From positions 1 to 46,648 of the forward strand of contig CALSCO010001169.1 of the NCBI GenBank assembly GCA_943704415.1: DNA of 46,648 nucleotides. Direction: 5' to 3'. The notes beneath the pieces were generated by a model. The model was given only the letters and a program-made list of their open reading frames with translations, made no database searches and was not told the DNA's origin. A program made the translations under genes and the position numbers. The DNA is from Parvularia atlantis (Eukaryota). Below are positions 12,401 through 25,178 of the stretch, piece after piece (positions within the stretch are counted from its first letter, which is position 1; every line of letters begins with the position of its first letter).

Positions 12401-14620
12401 CTGAGCTCGATGAAGCGGGCCGCGGGCGGCGAGCGCGTGCGCGGGACGGCGTCGAGCGAGGTTGACAAACACGACGAGCCCGTGGGCGACGGCGACGACG
12501 GCGACGACGAAGATGACGACGACGACGACGACGACGACGACGGGGACGAGTCGGGCGCAACGACGCGGAGCTGCACGGTGATGCTGCCAGCAAGGGTGAA
12601 CTTGAACGCGTTCGAGAGCAGGTTGAGCACGACCGTCTCCCACATGGCCCGGTCGACGTAGACCGCGACGTCGTCCGGCAGCGGCGGCGCGTCAACGACG
12701 TACTCGAGCCCGCCCGACTCGATCACAGAGCGGAAGGTGCTGCAGACGCCGGCCGTGAGCTGCGCCAGGTCGGTGCGCTCAAACGTGGCGCTGAAGCGGC
12801 CGGCCTCGAAGCGCGTGAACTCGAGCAGCGAGTTGACCAGCTGCAGCAGCCGGCGCGCGTTGCGCTGCACCTGCTCGAGACGTGCACGATGAGCCGGCTC
12901 GAGCGCGTGCTCCGGGTCGCCCAGGACGCTCTGCAGCGGGCCGAGGATCAGGCTGAGCGGCGTGCGGAACTCGTGCGAGACGTTGGAGAAGAAGGCGGTC
13001 TTCTGGCGGTCGAGCTCGGTCAGTTGCTGTGGGGCGCGGCGTCAGCGCGCGATCAGCAGCAGCAGCAGCAGCAGCAGCTCAACGTGCACGGCACCTGCGC
13101 GCGGATGCTGCCCTCGTGGTACGTCTGCGCCATGCACACGGCGTGCGCCATCAGCTGCGCGATCGTCTCGAAGAAGCGGCGGTACGCCGGCCGCAGTTGC
13201 CGCCGTGGGTTGAGCCCGAGCACGAGGACGCACTCGAACGGCGCGCGGCCCTCGGGCATTGCCAGGGCGATGCACACGGCGTGGTGCGCGGGCTCGGGCC
13301 AGCGCCCGCCTGCCGCGCGCGCCGTCAGCACGACGTGTGACGCGCACGTTCGTTGAACGCACCGGGCAGCTTGCCGAACGCCGCGCTCGTCGTCGCGACC
13401 TCGATCAGCTGCGCCTCGTGCGCGGCCCGGGCGAGCGGCCACGGCGCGTCGATGTCGTCCTCGTCGGCCGCGATCGTGGGCGGCGCGGCCGGGTGGTTTG
13501 GGCCGAGCGAGGCGACGGCGAGGAGGTCGTACTGCGGCGTCGCGTCACGGCGATCAGCACGTCGGCAGCACGACGGCAGCAGCAGCGGACGCGGCGGCGC
13601 GCACCACGGGCTGCTCGGCCTTGTGCGCATAGATCAGCGCGTACGGCACGTCGTCGGCGTTCGCCTCGAGGACCTCGGCGGCGGCCTGGCACGCGCTGAC
13701 GGGGCACTGCGACGAGCTCGTGCGGCACGCGAGCTCCTGCACGAGGTGCTGCTGGCGATCGGCCTGGACGCGCTCGGTCGTCTCGCTCACCTGTGCACGT
13801 CGCGCACGTCGGTCGCGAGGCGCGCGACGAGTTCGACAAGCGCAGAACGCGCACGGGCGCAAGCACGCCGATGATCTTGTCGTCGACGTCGAGGATGGGC
13901 GAGAACGACCAGGTGACGTTGGCCTCCTCGAGCACGCCGTGGCGCATGAGCGACATGGCAAAGTCGACGTTCCACGAGGCCTCGCCGGCGTACGCCTTGT
14001 CGACGAGCGGGCCGAGCACGCGCCAGATGTACGGCACGGCGACCTCGCCTGGCGCGCCCAGAGCGCCCGGGTGGCGCGCGCCGAGGATGCTGACGAACGC
14101 GTCGTTGTAGATGGCCAGCCGCGCCGCGCCGAAGAAGGCCGCGAAGGGGAAGCGCGAGTTGAGCATGAGCCGCAGCGTCGTGAGGTAGGTGCACGGCCAG
14201 TCGCGCATCGGGCCGAGCGGCGTCGCGGCCCAGTCAAAGTCGCAGATGAGGCGCGGCATGCGCATGTCCGGGTCGCTGCACAGCACGGCCTCGCAGTCCG
14301 CGCCCTGCATCACCGTCGCCGCCCCGGCGTCGCTGCAGAACTCGGCGAGGGAGAGGTGCTGCTGCTGCTGCTGGGGAGGAGGAGGCGGCGAAGAAGGAGA
14401 CGACGGCCGTGGTTGACCGCCGATGGAACCGTCAACGTTCTGCGCTACTCATGCGACGCCAGACGTGCGTCAGCGCTCCACCTCCGTGCGCTCCCCCACT
14501 CCTCTGCGCTCGCCGCGTCTCACCGTCTGCTGCTGCTGCTGTTGCTGCTGCGACGGTGCCTGACGGCGGTGCGCGCGGCGTCTGTGGCCACCGCGGCCGT
14601 GGCGGCGGCGACGGGCACAT
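9471..14620 (-). CDS. Dual hybrid histidine kinase: PAS-like/GAF - HisKA - HATPase - REC - HisKA - HATPase - REC
   Basis: FDWAATPLGPMRDWP sensor start. H-box1 FFSNVSHEFRTPL, N-box NLLSNAFKFT, DTGCGI, GSGIGL. REC1 VDDNADMR...LSDVMMP...KPF. H-box2 VCHEIRNPLNG, NLVSNAIKFT, DTGIGM, GFGLGL. REC2 VDDNEVN...MDLEMP...KPF. The start at 14620 is inferred through a short first exon. Confidence 0.93.
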
Positions 14621-14973
14621 GCGGCACACGGACGAGAAGGGAAACGGCGTGAAAAATGTGTGCGGAACAGGCGGGGCCTAGGCTGCGACGCGCGGTGCCC
14701 GGGTTACCGAGGGCCGAGGCGTCGGAACGGCGTCGGAACGGCGCGGCAAAGAGGCCCAGGCTGCAGGCGCACGGGCGGCAGCCATTTGGGAGTGAGGCGG
14801 GCCCACGAAGTGTGGAACAGACGCCGCCCTGACGCGTACTGACTGCCCTGTGCACTCTGCTCCACCCGCGGCGATCACGCGCGCGGCCCCACACGGGAAC
14901 AGCCCACACCGCTCGATCCAAATAGCTCCAGATCGTGGCTCGGCTGGGCCAGACACAGCGGCCACAGCCGGGC

Positions 14974-17900
14974 TCACTGCGCCGCCGCGCCGCTGCGTAC
15001 GAGCAGCTCGCGCACCTTTCGCCCTAGCAGCCCCACGAACGCCAGCCGGCCCTCGGCCTGCGCCGAATGCTCGGCCAGGCGTCTGAGCGCATCGCTCTGC
15101 GTGGGATCCGCCCGCCGTGTCAGCGCGCCGATGGGGGGTGGGAAGGGAGGCGAGCGTGGGGGACGCGATCGCGCACCAGATCGAGCTGCTCTAGCTTCGC
15201 GAGCGGCTCCAGCAGTGCGCGCTGCGACGGCGGCTCGGGGCCTGGGACAGGCGGGTGCGTCGCGCGCGCATCAGTGTGGCGTGCGATGACGACCGAGCTG
15301 CCGCCGCAGCGCACCCGCGCCAAACAGCTGCGGAGGCTGCTTGAGCGCGTCCGGCGCGAGATAGTGGTCCAGATGCTTCAGCAGCACGTACAGCGTCGCC
15401 TCTAGGATGTCTGCGCGCGTGCGACGCGTCAGCCCGGCGCCGCAGCAGCGCACGCGAGATCCGCGCACGCACACAGCAGCAAGTGCACGTGCTCGCGCTG
15501 CGCCGCCAGCCGCGCACGCACGCCGCGCTCGACCAGGCGCAGCTTCTGCGCCGACGTCAGATCCTTGAAGTAGTCGTGCTCGCGGTGCTCGGCGAGCTGA
15601 TTGCGGGCGCGGCTTAGCCACCGGCACCGCGACTACACCAAAGCCGCACGCACCTCGTCCGCGCCCTCCAGGTCGACCACGTCGAGTCTGCTCTGCCTGT
15701 CGGCCAGCGCCTTGACCGTCCGCCGCGACGTGTCGAGCTTGTCGACCGTCGCCCACAGCACCTGGTCCAGCACCGCGAGCGGCGGCATGCCCATGTGCGC
15801 CCCGCCGCGCTTGTCTGAGGCCATTGCACGCCCGCGTCAGCTTCGCCCAGCGTCCAGGGCACGGCGGCGGCGCACCGCTGCTCGGCTGCAGCGCTGGGCT
15901 GAAGAGCGGGCGCATTTTGCGCCGCGCCTCGGCGTCGCTCACACCGTCCGGCGGCTGTGTCACAGCGCGGCAGTAGTTGACGATGTTGAAGCAGATGCGC
16001 GTCTCGAGCCGACTGCGCTCCTGCCCGGCCGAGCCCTCGAGCGGGTCGTCCACCAGGCCGTACCGCCCGCGGGCGCGGCTCGTGCCCGTCCTGCGCGCAG
16101 TCGGTCAGCACAACGCAAACAGCGGCACCGCGCGCACACGCACATGAGCTTGTCGAGCAGTTGTGTCAGCAGGCGCGCGTAGGTCGTGTGCCCGAGGCTG
16201 TGCTCTTGCCCCGCGACGGCGCTCAGCACCCCCGTCACGTGCTGCAGGCACCGCAGCATCGCCAGCGCCGCGCGCTCGCGCTCCTCGCGCGACTGCATTG
16301 CCGTGCCCGCGCCCGGCCCGCGGTCCTGCAGCAGCGCCGTCATGGCCATCGCCGTCTTCTCGAGGAACGCGGCCGCCTGTTGCGCGACCTCGCCGTCGCG
16401 CCGGTCCGGCAGCGTCAACACCGCATCAGCCAGCTGCACCACCGGCAGCAGCAGCGCAAAAAACGTCTCGTTGCCCGCTGGCGCCAGCCGCCGAGGAGGC
16501 GTGTGAGCGACACCAGCGCTCACCGCCACTGCGCGCGCGCGCTCGACGCACCGCGCAGGTAGCTGTTGACGTCGGCCGTGCTCTGCAGGAATGCACAGCG
16601 TGACAGCTCCGCGAGAAGCTTCACGGCCAGCTGGCGGCTGTGCGCGCGTGCCGTGCGTGAGGCGAAGTGCGCGCATGCTTCGTGTGTGGCAGCGGCACCT
16701 AGCGTCGTCACGCCCGGCGTGCTGTACGAGGCACAGCAGGAACGCCGTCTTGGCTTCGTACACGTGCAGGTGGTTCATCGCGCCTGCCGTCGAGCAGTCA
16801 GTTACGCGCACAGGAGCACGCGTGCGCGCACCGGCCGGGTTGGCGATCGCCTGCAGCATATCAAAGCTGTTGATCGAGCGCACGATGGCCTGGCTGCGAA
16901 CTTGCGCGGCGAGGAAGCTGGCCACCGTGCGCGACTGCACACGTGCGCCGAGATGCAACAGCTTGGCTGCGGGCGAGGCCGTCAGCGCACACCGGCAAGC
17001 CGCACGGAACAGGACGCACATAGCGCGGTGTACGCGAGCGTCTTGACGACGTCGACGCCGTCCTGCGCGTCCACGCAGAGGCGTTGGAGCACCTGTGCGC
17101 AAGCGGCGGTCACGCCGCTGCTCCAAGAGAGCGCGCAGGGCGCGACGCACGTCGTTGGTTGCGATCACGTCCAGGCTGCTGCGCTCAAGCGTCCACTGCG
17201 CGTCGGTCGCAGCAGACAACGCAGCCGTGTCTGGCGCGGGCGGCGTGTCCGGCGCGACGAGCTGCACGTAGTTGACGAGGATCGTGTACAGGTGCGCGCG
17301 CACGGGGAGGCGGTCGGCCGGCGTGATGCTCTGTTTTGCATGCGAGGTCTCAGTGGTAGCGACAACGCAACCGCGCGCATGACCACGCCGACCTTGGGCG
17401 CCGTTTTCACGATCGCCCTCGCGATCATGTCCAGGATCGCCAGCAGCTGCGGTACCGGCAGCACCAGGCTCATGGCCGTGTCGGAGCCCTCGAGCGTCGC
17501 CAGCCGGTCGCGACGGTCGCGCAGGCGCCGAATGATCGCGAGCACGATCACGGTCAGCGACTCGACGAGCGCAGGCTTGGCCTCTGGCCCGGCGATCTGC
17601 GCGGCCGCGCGTGGGTGTCAGAGCTCGCCAGCACACACGCGCCGGTTTCAGCCGCACCTTGGGCAGCAGCTCCTCGATCAGCTGCGCGGGCAGGGACTCT
17701 TGCGCTTGCGGCCTGCGTGCGTACATGCGCACCGTCAACGACAAACCGGCGAGGCGAGAGCGCACGCACGGCAGCAGGTCGAAGCACTCCGCCATCGTCA
17801 CCTCCACCAGCTGCTTCCACGCCTTGAACAGCTCAAAGTTGGCGTGCTCGACGCGCCGCGCCTGGTTCTGCTCCACAAACCACAGCAGGTTGAGCGGCTC

Positions 17901-20900
17901 TGTCGCCACAAGCGAACGGTCAGCACGACAGGCGCGGCACGAGCACGCGCGAGGGCGCGCACGCTGGCCCGGCTGCGCGCGCGCCGCGATGCTCTGCACG
18001 TCGTACAGCGTGCACCCGCGCCGGTCGGCCATCATCGCGTCCTCAAACTGCGGCGCGTCCTGTGCGGCGCCACTGCTCAGCAATGCGCACACGAGCGCTG
18101 TCGCCACAGCGCGCACTTCGACCGCGAATGGCGTCGGGAAGAGCAGCTCGTTCAGCAGCTCGAGCATGCGCATGCGCGGCTGCTCGGGCGCGCCCATGCG
18201 GTACTCGTCCTCGTCGCCGTAGTCGCCCATGTCGTCGGCAAAGCCGATGGCCAGCGGCGCGCGGTACGCGATGTCCAGCAGCTGCTCGGCCTGCGAGCAT
18301 CCGTCAGCCACTGTCGTCCCACAGCGCTCACGCAGCGCACCTCGTTGTACAGCATCGAGCGCAGCGACACGTGCAGTTCGAGCGCGACCGTGCGCAGCTG
18401 CCAGGCGCGCGCGTGCATCTGCGACACGACCGCGTCCATGGCGGGGCTCTGCAGGTCCTGCGGCAGCGCGTCTGCGCGCACGGCACATGAGAACGCGGGC
18501 AAGGCAGCTGCTAGCCGTCGGCGCGCACCGATCGCAAACATCGAGCGGAACTGGTGCACGAAAAACTGCTCGCGTCCGCGCAGGTACTTCATCGTCGGCG
18601 AGGCGGTCTCACTGCAGCCGTCGGCCAGCGTGCGTGAGCCGCGTCGACGGCGACGTGACTGCACGCAACGCACCTCTGGTGACACAGGTGGTAGACGAGC
18701 TCGTAGCAGCGCTCGGCCAGCAGCGGCGACTGCGCGGCATCAGGCGCATGACAGCGAGCGTGGCGCGCCGGCACGCACCTGGCGCACAATCGCCGGCCCG
18801 GCCGCGAACGTGTCACCCTCGTCCGTGAGCAGCGCGACGACGGCGTGGAAGCACGTCGCGTTGTCGCTCGAGTCTGGGCGCGCGCGGGTGAGCCGGTGCC
18901 ACCGGCATCACGCGCGGCCGATGCGCACTCTTGAGCAGCGTGCGGCGCAGATCGGCAACGTCGTACTCGAGCAGGAAGTGCGCGACGTTGGGCGCGGGCA
19001 CGTTTAGCAGGTTGTCGAGCAGGAGCTCGACGATGCCCACGCGCAGGTCGTCGCTGTCGTTTCGAGCGCGTACCGACGTGAGAAACGTCGCGCCCGACGA
19101 GGGCAGCGCACCTCGAGTTGTCACGCAGCCGCTGGGCCAGGCCGCGCTGTAGCTGGCGCACGTCCGGCTTCTTGTCGCCCTCGTCCATGTCGTGATTGAG
19201 GGCGTCCCGCAGCAGCACTGCGCGCGCGAGCGCACCAGTCAGAAACCGCGCGCCGTCGGTGCACCCAGCCGGCGACGCTCACCAACGAGCGACAGCTCCT
19301 GGCCCGTGCGCAGCAGCGGGCGCTGTGCGAGCGCGGCAAACAGGCGCAGGGCGCTCCACGCGACGGTCGGGGCCTGGCGACGAGCGCAGTGTCAGCGTTG
19401 ACAGCAGCAGTGGTGGTGCCGGAGGCGGACCTCGCGCCAGCAGACGGCCAGGCCGATGTTGATCAGCACGTCCGGGTGCTTGCACATGGCCAGCTCGACC
19501 TCCTGCGGGATGTCGCGCAGGCCGCCGCGCACGCGCGTGTAGGCCAAGAACGCGTCCTGCTTGCGCACGACCATCTCGAGCAGGTTGAGCGCAGCCTGGA
19601 TGCAGCCGACGAACGGCGTTGCGCTGCCCGGGCTGCGTCAGCGTGCGCGCGCTCATGCAGCGGTGACGGGCGCGCACCTCCGCCGGCTCTCGTTCGACGA
19701 CAGCAGCAGCGGCCAAATCTCGTCCAGCACAAAGAAGATCTACGTCGAGGCGTCAGCGCCCAGCAGCGGCATTCGCCTGCATCCGCGTTACACCTCCTTC
19801 AGCAGGCTGCGCCCGGTCGCGAGCTTGAGCAGCACATCATAGCCCGGCAGGCACTGGTGCTCGGCATCCGACACTGCGCGCTCTGTGTGTCAGCTTGCAC
19901 GGCCAGAGCGCAGCACCGACCGCGGGCGCACCGACAGGCGCTGCGGGTACCGCCTGGCCCGGCAGCGCGCCGGACATGCGCTGCGGCTGGGTCGCCGGCG
20001 CGGTGCCCGCCGCGCTGGGCACCTCGTACACGGCCACAACGCGGCAGAGCACACGCAAGCACGCCGCCATGACTGCCCAGCGCTCGCTCGGGTCGCTGGG
20101 CACGGGGCGTGGTCAGTGGTGAACGGCAACTTAAGCCAACGCACCTATAGGCACGCTTGCGCGCCTCAACAAAGATGCCGTTGATCACAAAGTCCATGTG
20201 CGGCTGCAACCCGGGCGCGCGCGCCGGGTAGCCGAGGTTCATCGGCAGCGGGCCGGACCTGCTCAGCGCCGTGCGGTCAGCCGCGGATCGCATTGAAATG
20301 AGCAGCGCCACGCACTGGAGCAGCGTCTCGAGCAGGTCCAGGAACGCACGCGTCTCCGGGTACGTCTCGTTCTTGCTCTCGATCTCCTTGAGCTCAAACA
20401 CGATGCCGCCTGCAAAAAAACGTCAACGGCCGATCCACAGCTCACGCGTCGCGCGCACCCGTGACCGCGCCCGGCGGCGTCGGCTGCGTGCACAGCACCT
20501 GCGTCGTCTCCATCATGCGCCAGATCTCAACGTTGAGCTCGGGCGACTTCGCAAACGCGGCAAGGCAGCGCAGCAGCGCAGCCTTGAGCGACGGCGGCAC
20601 GCTGCAGCACAGCAGCGCGAAGAAGAGGTGGATCGTGCGCCAAACCGACACGAGCATGAGCCGCACGGCCGTGTTGCTGACGGCAAGGCGCTCGACGACG
20701 GCCAGCAGCACCTCAATTGACTGGCGGCGGCAGCGCGCGTCAGACTGCAGCGGCAGTACGATGCCATGTACGCACGGTCACGTCGGCGGCCTGCAGCTCG
20801 ACCGGCACGGTCACAGTGCCCGGCGTGATGCGCATGCGGCTCTCGATCGTCTCGAGGTTCCGGAATAGCACCTCCCAACACAGCGTACTGCGCCGCCCGC

Positions 20901-23294
20901 ACGCAATCGTTAGCGTACCGTCGCGCAGCGCACATCCGGCACGCGCGCACGGGTTCATGTTGGGCCGCCGCAGGCTGAGCAGGTCGTAGACGAGCTGCGC
21001 GCTCTCCTCCGTGCCGGACAGCGCGGCCATGAGGCGCAGGAACGCGTGCATCGCGGGCAGGGACTGCGCGGCGGGTGAGCGGCAGGCCGTCTGCAGCACG
21101 AGCGCCCGATGCCCACCTTGATGTCGCCCGTGAGCATCACAAATTGCTTCAGCCGGCCCTCGGGGTCGACCGGCACCACGTGGCCGCTCATGTCCATCAC
21201 CGGCTGCGCTCGCGCGCTCAGCAAACACGCACAGCGCGCCAGCGCAGTGCGCGCGCGCACCATAGCGAGGTACTTGATGGCGATCTTCGGCAGGTGCTCG
21301 CACAGGCTCGCGACGACGTTCACGAGCACGATAAAGTCGTTGCGCACGCTGCATGGAGCTCAGCACAGCGGTGCACGCCCATCGATGCGCACCTCTGCGC
21401 CGGCAGCCCGTGCGCCTGCCGCTGCAGTTCCTGCGCCTCGGCCGTCTCCTGCGTCAGCTTGAGCTGGCGGAGCTCCCAGTCGAGCCGCTGCAGGAGGTCG
21501 TCGAGCGTCATGTCGAGCACGATGTAGATGTACTCGGCAAAGTCGACGTCCTTGACGTCGGTCGCGCGGTCGGCGTACGACAGCATGGCGAGCTGGGCGG
21601 CCGTGAGCGTGCAGACGGCGTCATGCGCGCACGCGCACCATCAGGTGGAACGCGTTGCCCTTGGCAACGGCCTCGAGCGTGAGGCCGGGCACCTGCGGCG
21701 TGCTGCGCGGGCTCGCGTGCTGCGCGCTGTGGCGCAAGGACGGCGTCAGCGCCTAGCTTGACAGTGCAGTGTGCAGGCGGGCGCACGACTTGGCGAGCAG
21801 CAGCCAGCGCAGTTTGATCAGCGCGCAGATGCTGCCGTCGGTCCACGTCTGCTGCAGCGCGTCGCCAAACGAGCTGTCTCACCACACGCCCGTCAGCAGC
21901 GCGCGAACGACCCCACCGGCACCTCGTCGCCGCACCGCAAAAACGCCGCGTCTGACAGGAGCATGCCGCTCAGCGCATCGCTGCCAGACGACTTGGCCGT
22001 GTCGAGCGAGGCCTGTGCCGCGCGCGCACATGAGCGCCAGGGCTGCGGCAGACAGCGGCGACGGGCGCACCAGCATCGCCGCCGTGAGGATGACGGCCAC
22101 GTGAAAGTCGTCGGTGGCGCTGAGCGTGCGCAGCGTGTCGGCGAGCGCGACGATCTCGGCCGCGCTGAGCGTGTGGTAGTACGCGACCAGGAAGAACGTC
22201 TTTGCCGAGCGGCAGCCTGGCGATCAGTACCCGGCCTCGCATGCACGCGACACGCGCAACGCACCTGCGCGAGCAGCCGGCGCTCGACGGCGTAGTAGCT
22301 CTTTGCCTCGGCCACGCGCACGGCAACGCTGAGGTCGCTGAGCACGGCGGATCAACAACAAGGCCGGGTCGCGAGGAGCGGTATGGCGCGCACCGGCTCG
22401 CGTCGATGCGCTGGCCAAGCGCCTTTAGGGCGGTGAGCATGACCTGCGGGAACGTCTTGCCGCCGGTGTCGGACTGGACGAGGTCGGCGGCGTGCCTGAT
22501 GTTGCGCCGCGCCCACGATCAGCGCCAGAAAGCGACAAGGTCCTACCGCAGCGCACTGCGCGAGGCGATTGCGCACGGCCGGCTCGAGCTGCGGCGACTC
22601 GGCGAGCTGGAACAAGTCGTGCAGCAGCTGCAGCAGGTACTGGCGCTCGATGATGTAGCGGCGCACGGCCGCGTCGACAAGCAGCCTGGCGCATCAGCCG
22701 TGAGCAGATCGATAGGTAAGAGCGCGGCTCCATGGCAAACGCACTCGCGGTTCTGTGCCGCGTCATCGAGCGTCTCCTCGCCCTCGCGCAGCAGCTGGAA
22801 CGCGAGGATCTCGTCCACGTCGAGCTGCGCGCCTCGCCGTCCGTCAGCCTGCAGCGTTGGGAGCCATCGGCGGCGGCACCTTGTCGCTCAGCTGCAGCGC
22901 GAGGCGCACGGTCTCGTCTGTCAGCTGCTGCGAGCGCCCGCCGACGGCGACGCTCTTGCTCTCGATGCGCGCGCGGTGCGCCGGCGACTTGCCTGCGCGC
23001 CCGTGTCAGCCTTCTTCTCCCTCCCGCTCGTCCGCAACGGCGCGCGCGCGAACCGGGCAGCTGCGCGGCCTGCAGCGTCGGCTTGAGCTGCACGAGCTGC
23101 GCCTCGAGCTGCTGGAGCGTCTTCGCGTGCGGGCAGTGAGCGGTACGGTGCGACACGCAGGAGGGGCGACGCACGGCGACGTCGCGCCCGCCTGAGGCGG
23201 CCGTGGCGCGCAGCAGCTCGTGCGCCGTGCGCGGCCACATCCTTCGCCTCGAAACGTCTCTCTCAATCTTCTCTCTCAATCCGCCTCCGCTCAT
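14974..23294 (-). CDS. NUP205: Nucleoporin Nup205/Nup192 (multi-exon)
   Basis: Motifs ELKEIESKNETYPETRAFLDLL, PMNLGYPARAPGLQPHMDFV, RKRAY..PSERW, NVPAPNVAHFLL, LAERCYELVYHLC and C-terminal RLAFVGLLGRKVRELL match recalled Nup205 blocks; gene span ~8.3 kb. Start is 23294 or 23240. Confidence 0.88.
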
Positions 23295-23328
23295 GTTTTC
23301 GCGGAGACGGTTACGGATTCAAAAAAGA
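23295..23328. promoter_or_regulatory. Divergent-gene spacer with E2F-like (TTTTCGCGG, 23296-23304) and CHR-like (TTCAAA, 23318-23323) motifs
   Basis: Motifs are read directly from the 34 bp between opposite ATGs; function is inferred. Confidence 0.35.
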
Positions 23329-25085
23329 ATGGTGCGGAGCGACGCCGCGTTCCTCTTCTTCGACGGCGAGGTCGCGCTCGGCCCCGTCACGACGCCCGAG
23401 CGCGTCCTGCGCGCGCGCCAGGCGTTGCAGCGCCGCCGCACCGTCATCGTGCGCCCGGGCGAGCGGCAGCGGCGCGACGGTGCGTTCCGCATTCTTCGTG
23501 GTTCGCGGAGGCTGACCGCGAGGCGAGGACGCAGCTGCGACGGTGCTGCAGCGCTGGTGGCGCAGCGTGCGGGCGCGGCGCGTGGCGGCCGTGCGGCACA
23601 TCGCGGCGTGGTGGACGCGGCGGCAGGACGCGCGCGCCCTGGCCGACGTGCGGCCGCTGCAGTCGTGCGCCGTCGTCGTGAGCGTGCTGCTGCGGCTATG
23701 GAGCATGACGGCGACCAGCGCGGACGGCGAGCGCTGGCGGTTCGTACGCACGCGCTGGGCCGTGACGGTGCTGCAGCGGCTCGTGCGGCGCCGCATCGAG
23801 CACAAGCGCAAAAGGGCCGCGGCGGCGGCCGCAGTCTCCGCCCCCGCGTGCGTCCTTCTGCACGCTCGTCGCGCGTTCGCTGACGGCAGCACCAGGTCGA
23901 GCGCGTCGCTTGCGATCGAGGAGAAGCGGCGCGCACTGCGCGAGATCAAGCTCAAGCGCATGCTGCTGCAGAGCCAGCTGGGCGGCGCGGGCGCCGTGGG
24001 CGGGCCGTCGATGGCCGAGTTGGTGTCGCAGCAGCGCGTGACGCAGGTGGCCGAGAACGCGGTGCGTCGCGCGCTCGCTGACGTCTTGGCTGTGCACGCC
24101 TCACACTCGTACGCGTAGCGGCGCGTGCTCTCGCTCACCGACGACGAGCTCGCGACCGTGACGGAGCTGTACACGCAGCAAAATGCCGGGTACCGCCGCA
24201 CGTTCCGCACGGAGGAGGTCGTGCTGGCGCAGGCGCCGCCGCCGGGCCGGCACCCGTACCGCTACAGCGCGGTGATCGAACATGAGGCACGTGCCGCGTG
24301 CCCCGTTCTTCGTGGCGAGGCGGAATGCGCTGACGCGCGCGGTGCAGGAAAACAAGGACTACTCGGTCAAGCCGGCCGGCGTGCGCGGCGTGCGCTGGAA
24401 CGACGTGCCGTTTGTGTTTGACGACGAGCCGCTGCCCGAGTGGGCCGCGGTGCGGTCTCCTCTTTGCTCTGATCGTGCGCGAATGCTTGCTCACCAAGCG
24501 CGTCGCAGTCATCGAGCAGCACCGGCAGCAGTAGGCCAGCCACACCCGTCAAGCCGTGCCTTGTTCCCGTACGCCCCGGTGGCATGCGCGAGGCGTGTCT
24601 GATGCGCGCGCGCACGCGCAGACGCCGAAGAAGGGCGTGCTCGACCTGCTGCCGACCCGCCTCTCGCCGATGGTGATCGCGCGGTGCGTGTGCGCAGACG
24701 TGCGCTGGTGCACGCGCTTGACCGCCAGCCGGGCTGCAGGGTCAAGTACATGCCGCCGGTCGTGATTGCTGTGCCGGCGCCCGTGTCCGCAGCCACGCCG
24801 GCGCCGATGACGCCCAAGCGTCGCACATCGCTCGCCCTCGCACCGTCACCCGCCGTCAACACGCCCGCGCGCCGACGCGACTCGCTCGCGCCCAAGGTGC
24901 GCCGATCTCGCTGGTTGCAGCTGCGTACTCACGCGTCCGCGCGACAGGGCAACGTCACGCTCGTCACCGCGCCGCCTGCACGATCCACCGCGTCGCCCGC
25001 ACCCCCGCCCACGTCCAGCACCACGCCCGCGCGCAAGCCGCCGACGCTGCCGCAACGCCCGCTGCAACGCCCGCTGCGTACATAG
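23329..25085 (+). CDS. Uncharacterised IQ-motif protein with RVxF-like motif and Pro/Ser/Thr-rich tail (multi-exon)
   Basis: Spliced [15 protein letters not shown] and [11 protein letters not shown] (IQ-like), RGVRW, several TP/SP sites, canonical intron signals, stop TAG at 25083-25085. Confidence 0.65.
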
Positions 25086-25159
25086 AAAAGGCGCCCTGAT
25101 TTTGTCTATCCATTTTACGTGTCGTGTACGGGATCGCAGGGCCGCGAACAGTATGGCGC

Positions 25160-25178
25160 TTGGCGCGCGCCGTTCGAA
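25160..25178 (+). promoter_or_regulatory. E2F/CDE-CHR-like composite element TTGGCGCGC-N4-TTCGAA
   Basis: Abuts the SAMHD1 ATG; the 4-nt spacer matches the CDE/CHR arrangement. Confidence 0.4.

Noticed and set aside
16566..19007. 813-aa plus-strand ORF and similar long Arg/Ala-rich ORFs (e.g. 9448-10839)
   Set aside because: Antisense to NUP205 or the kinase; stop codons are scarce at this GC content.
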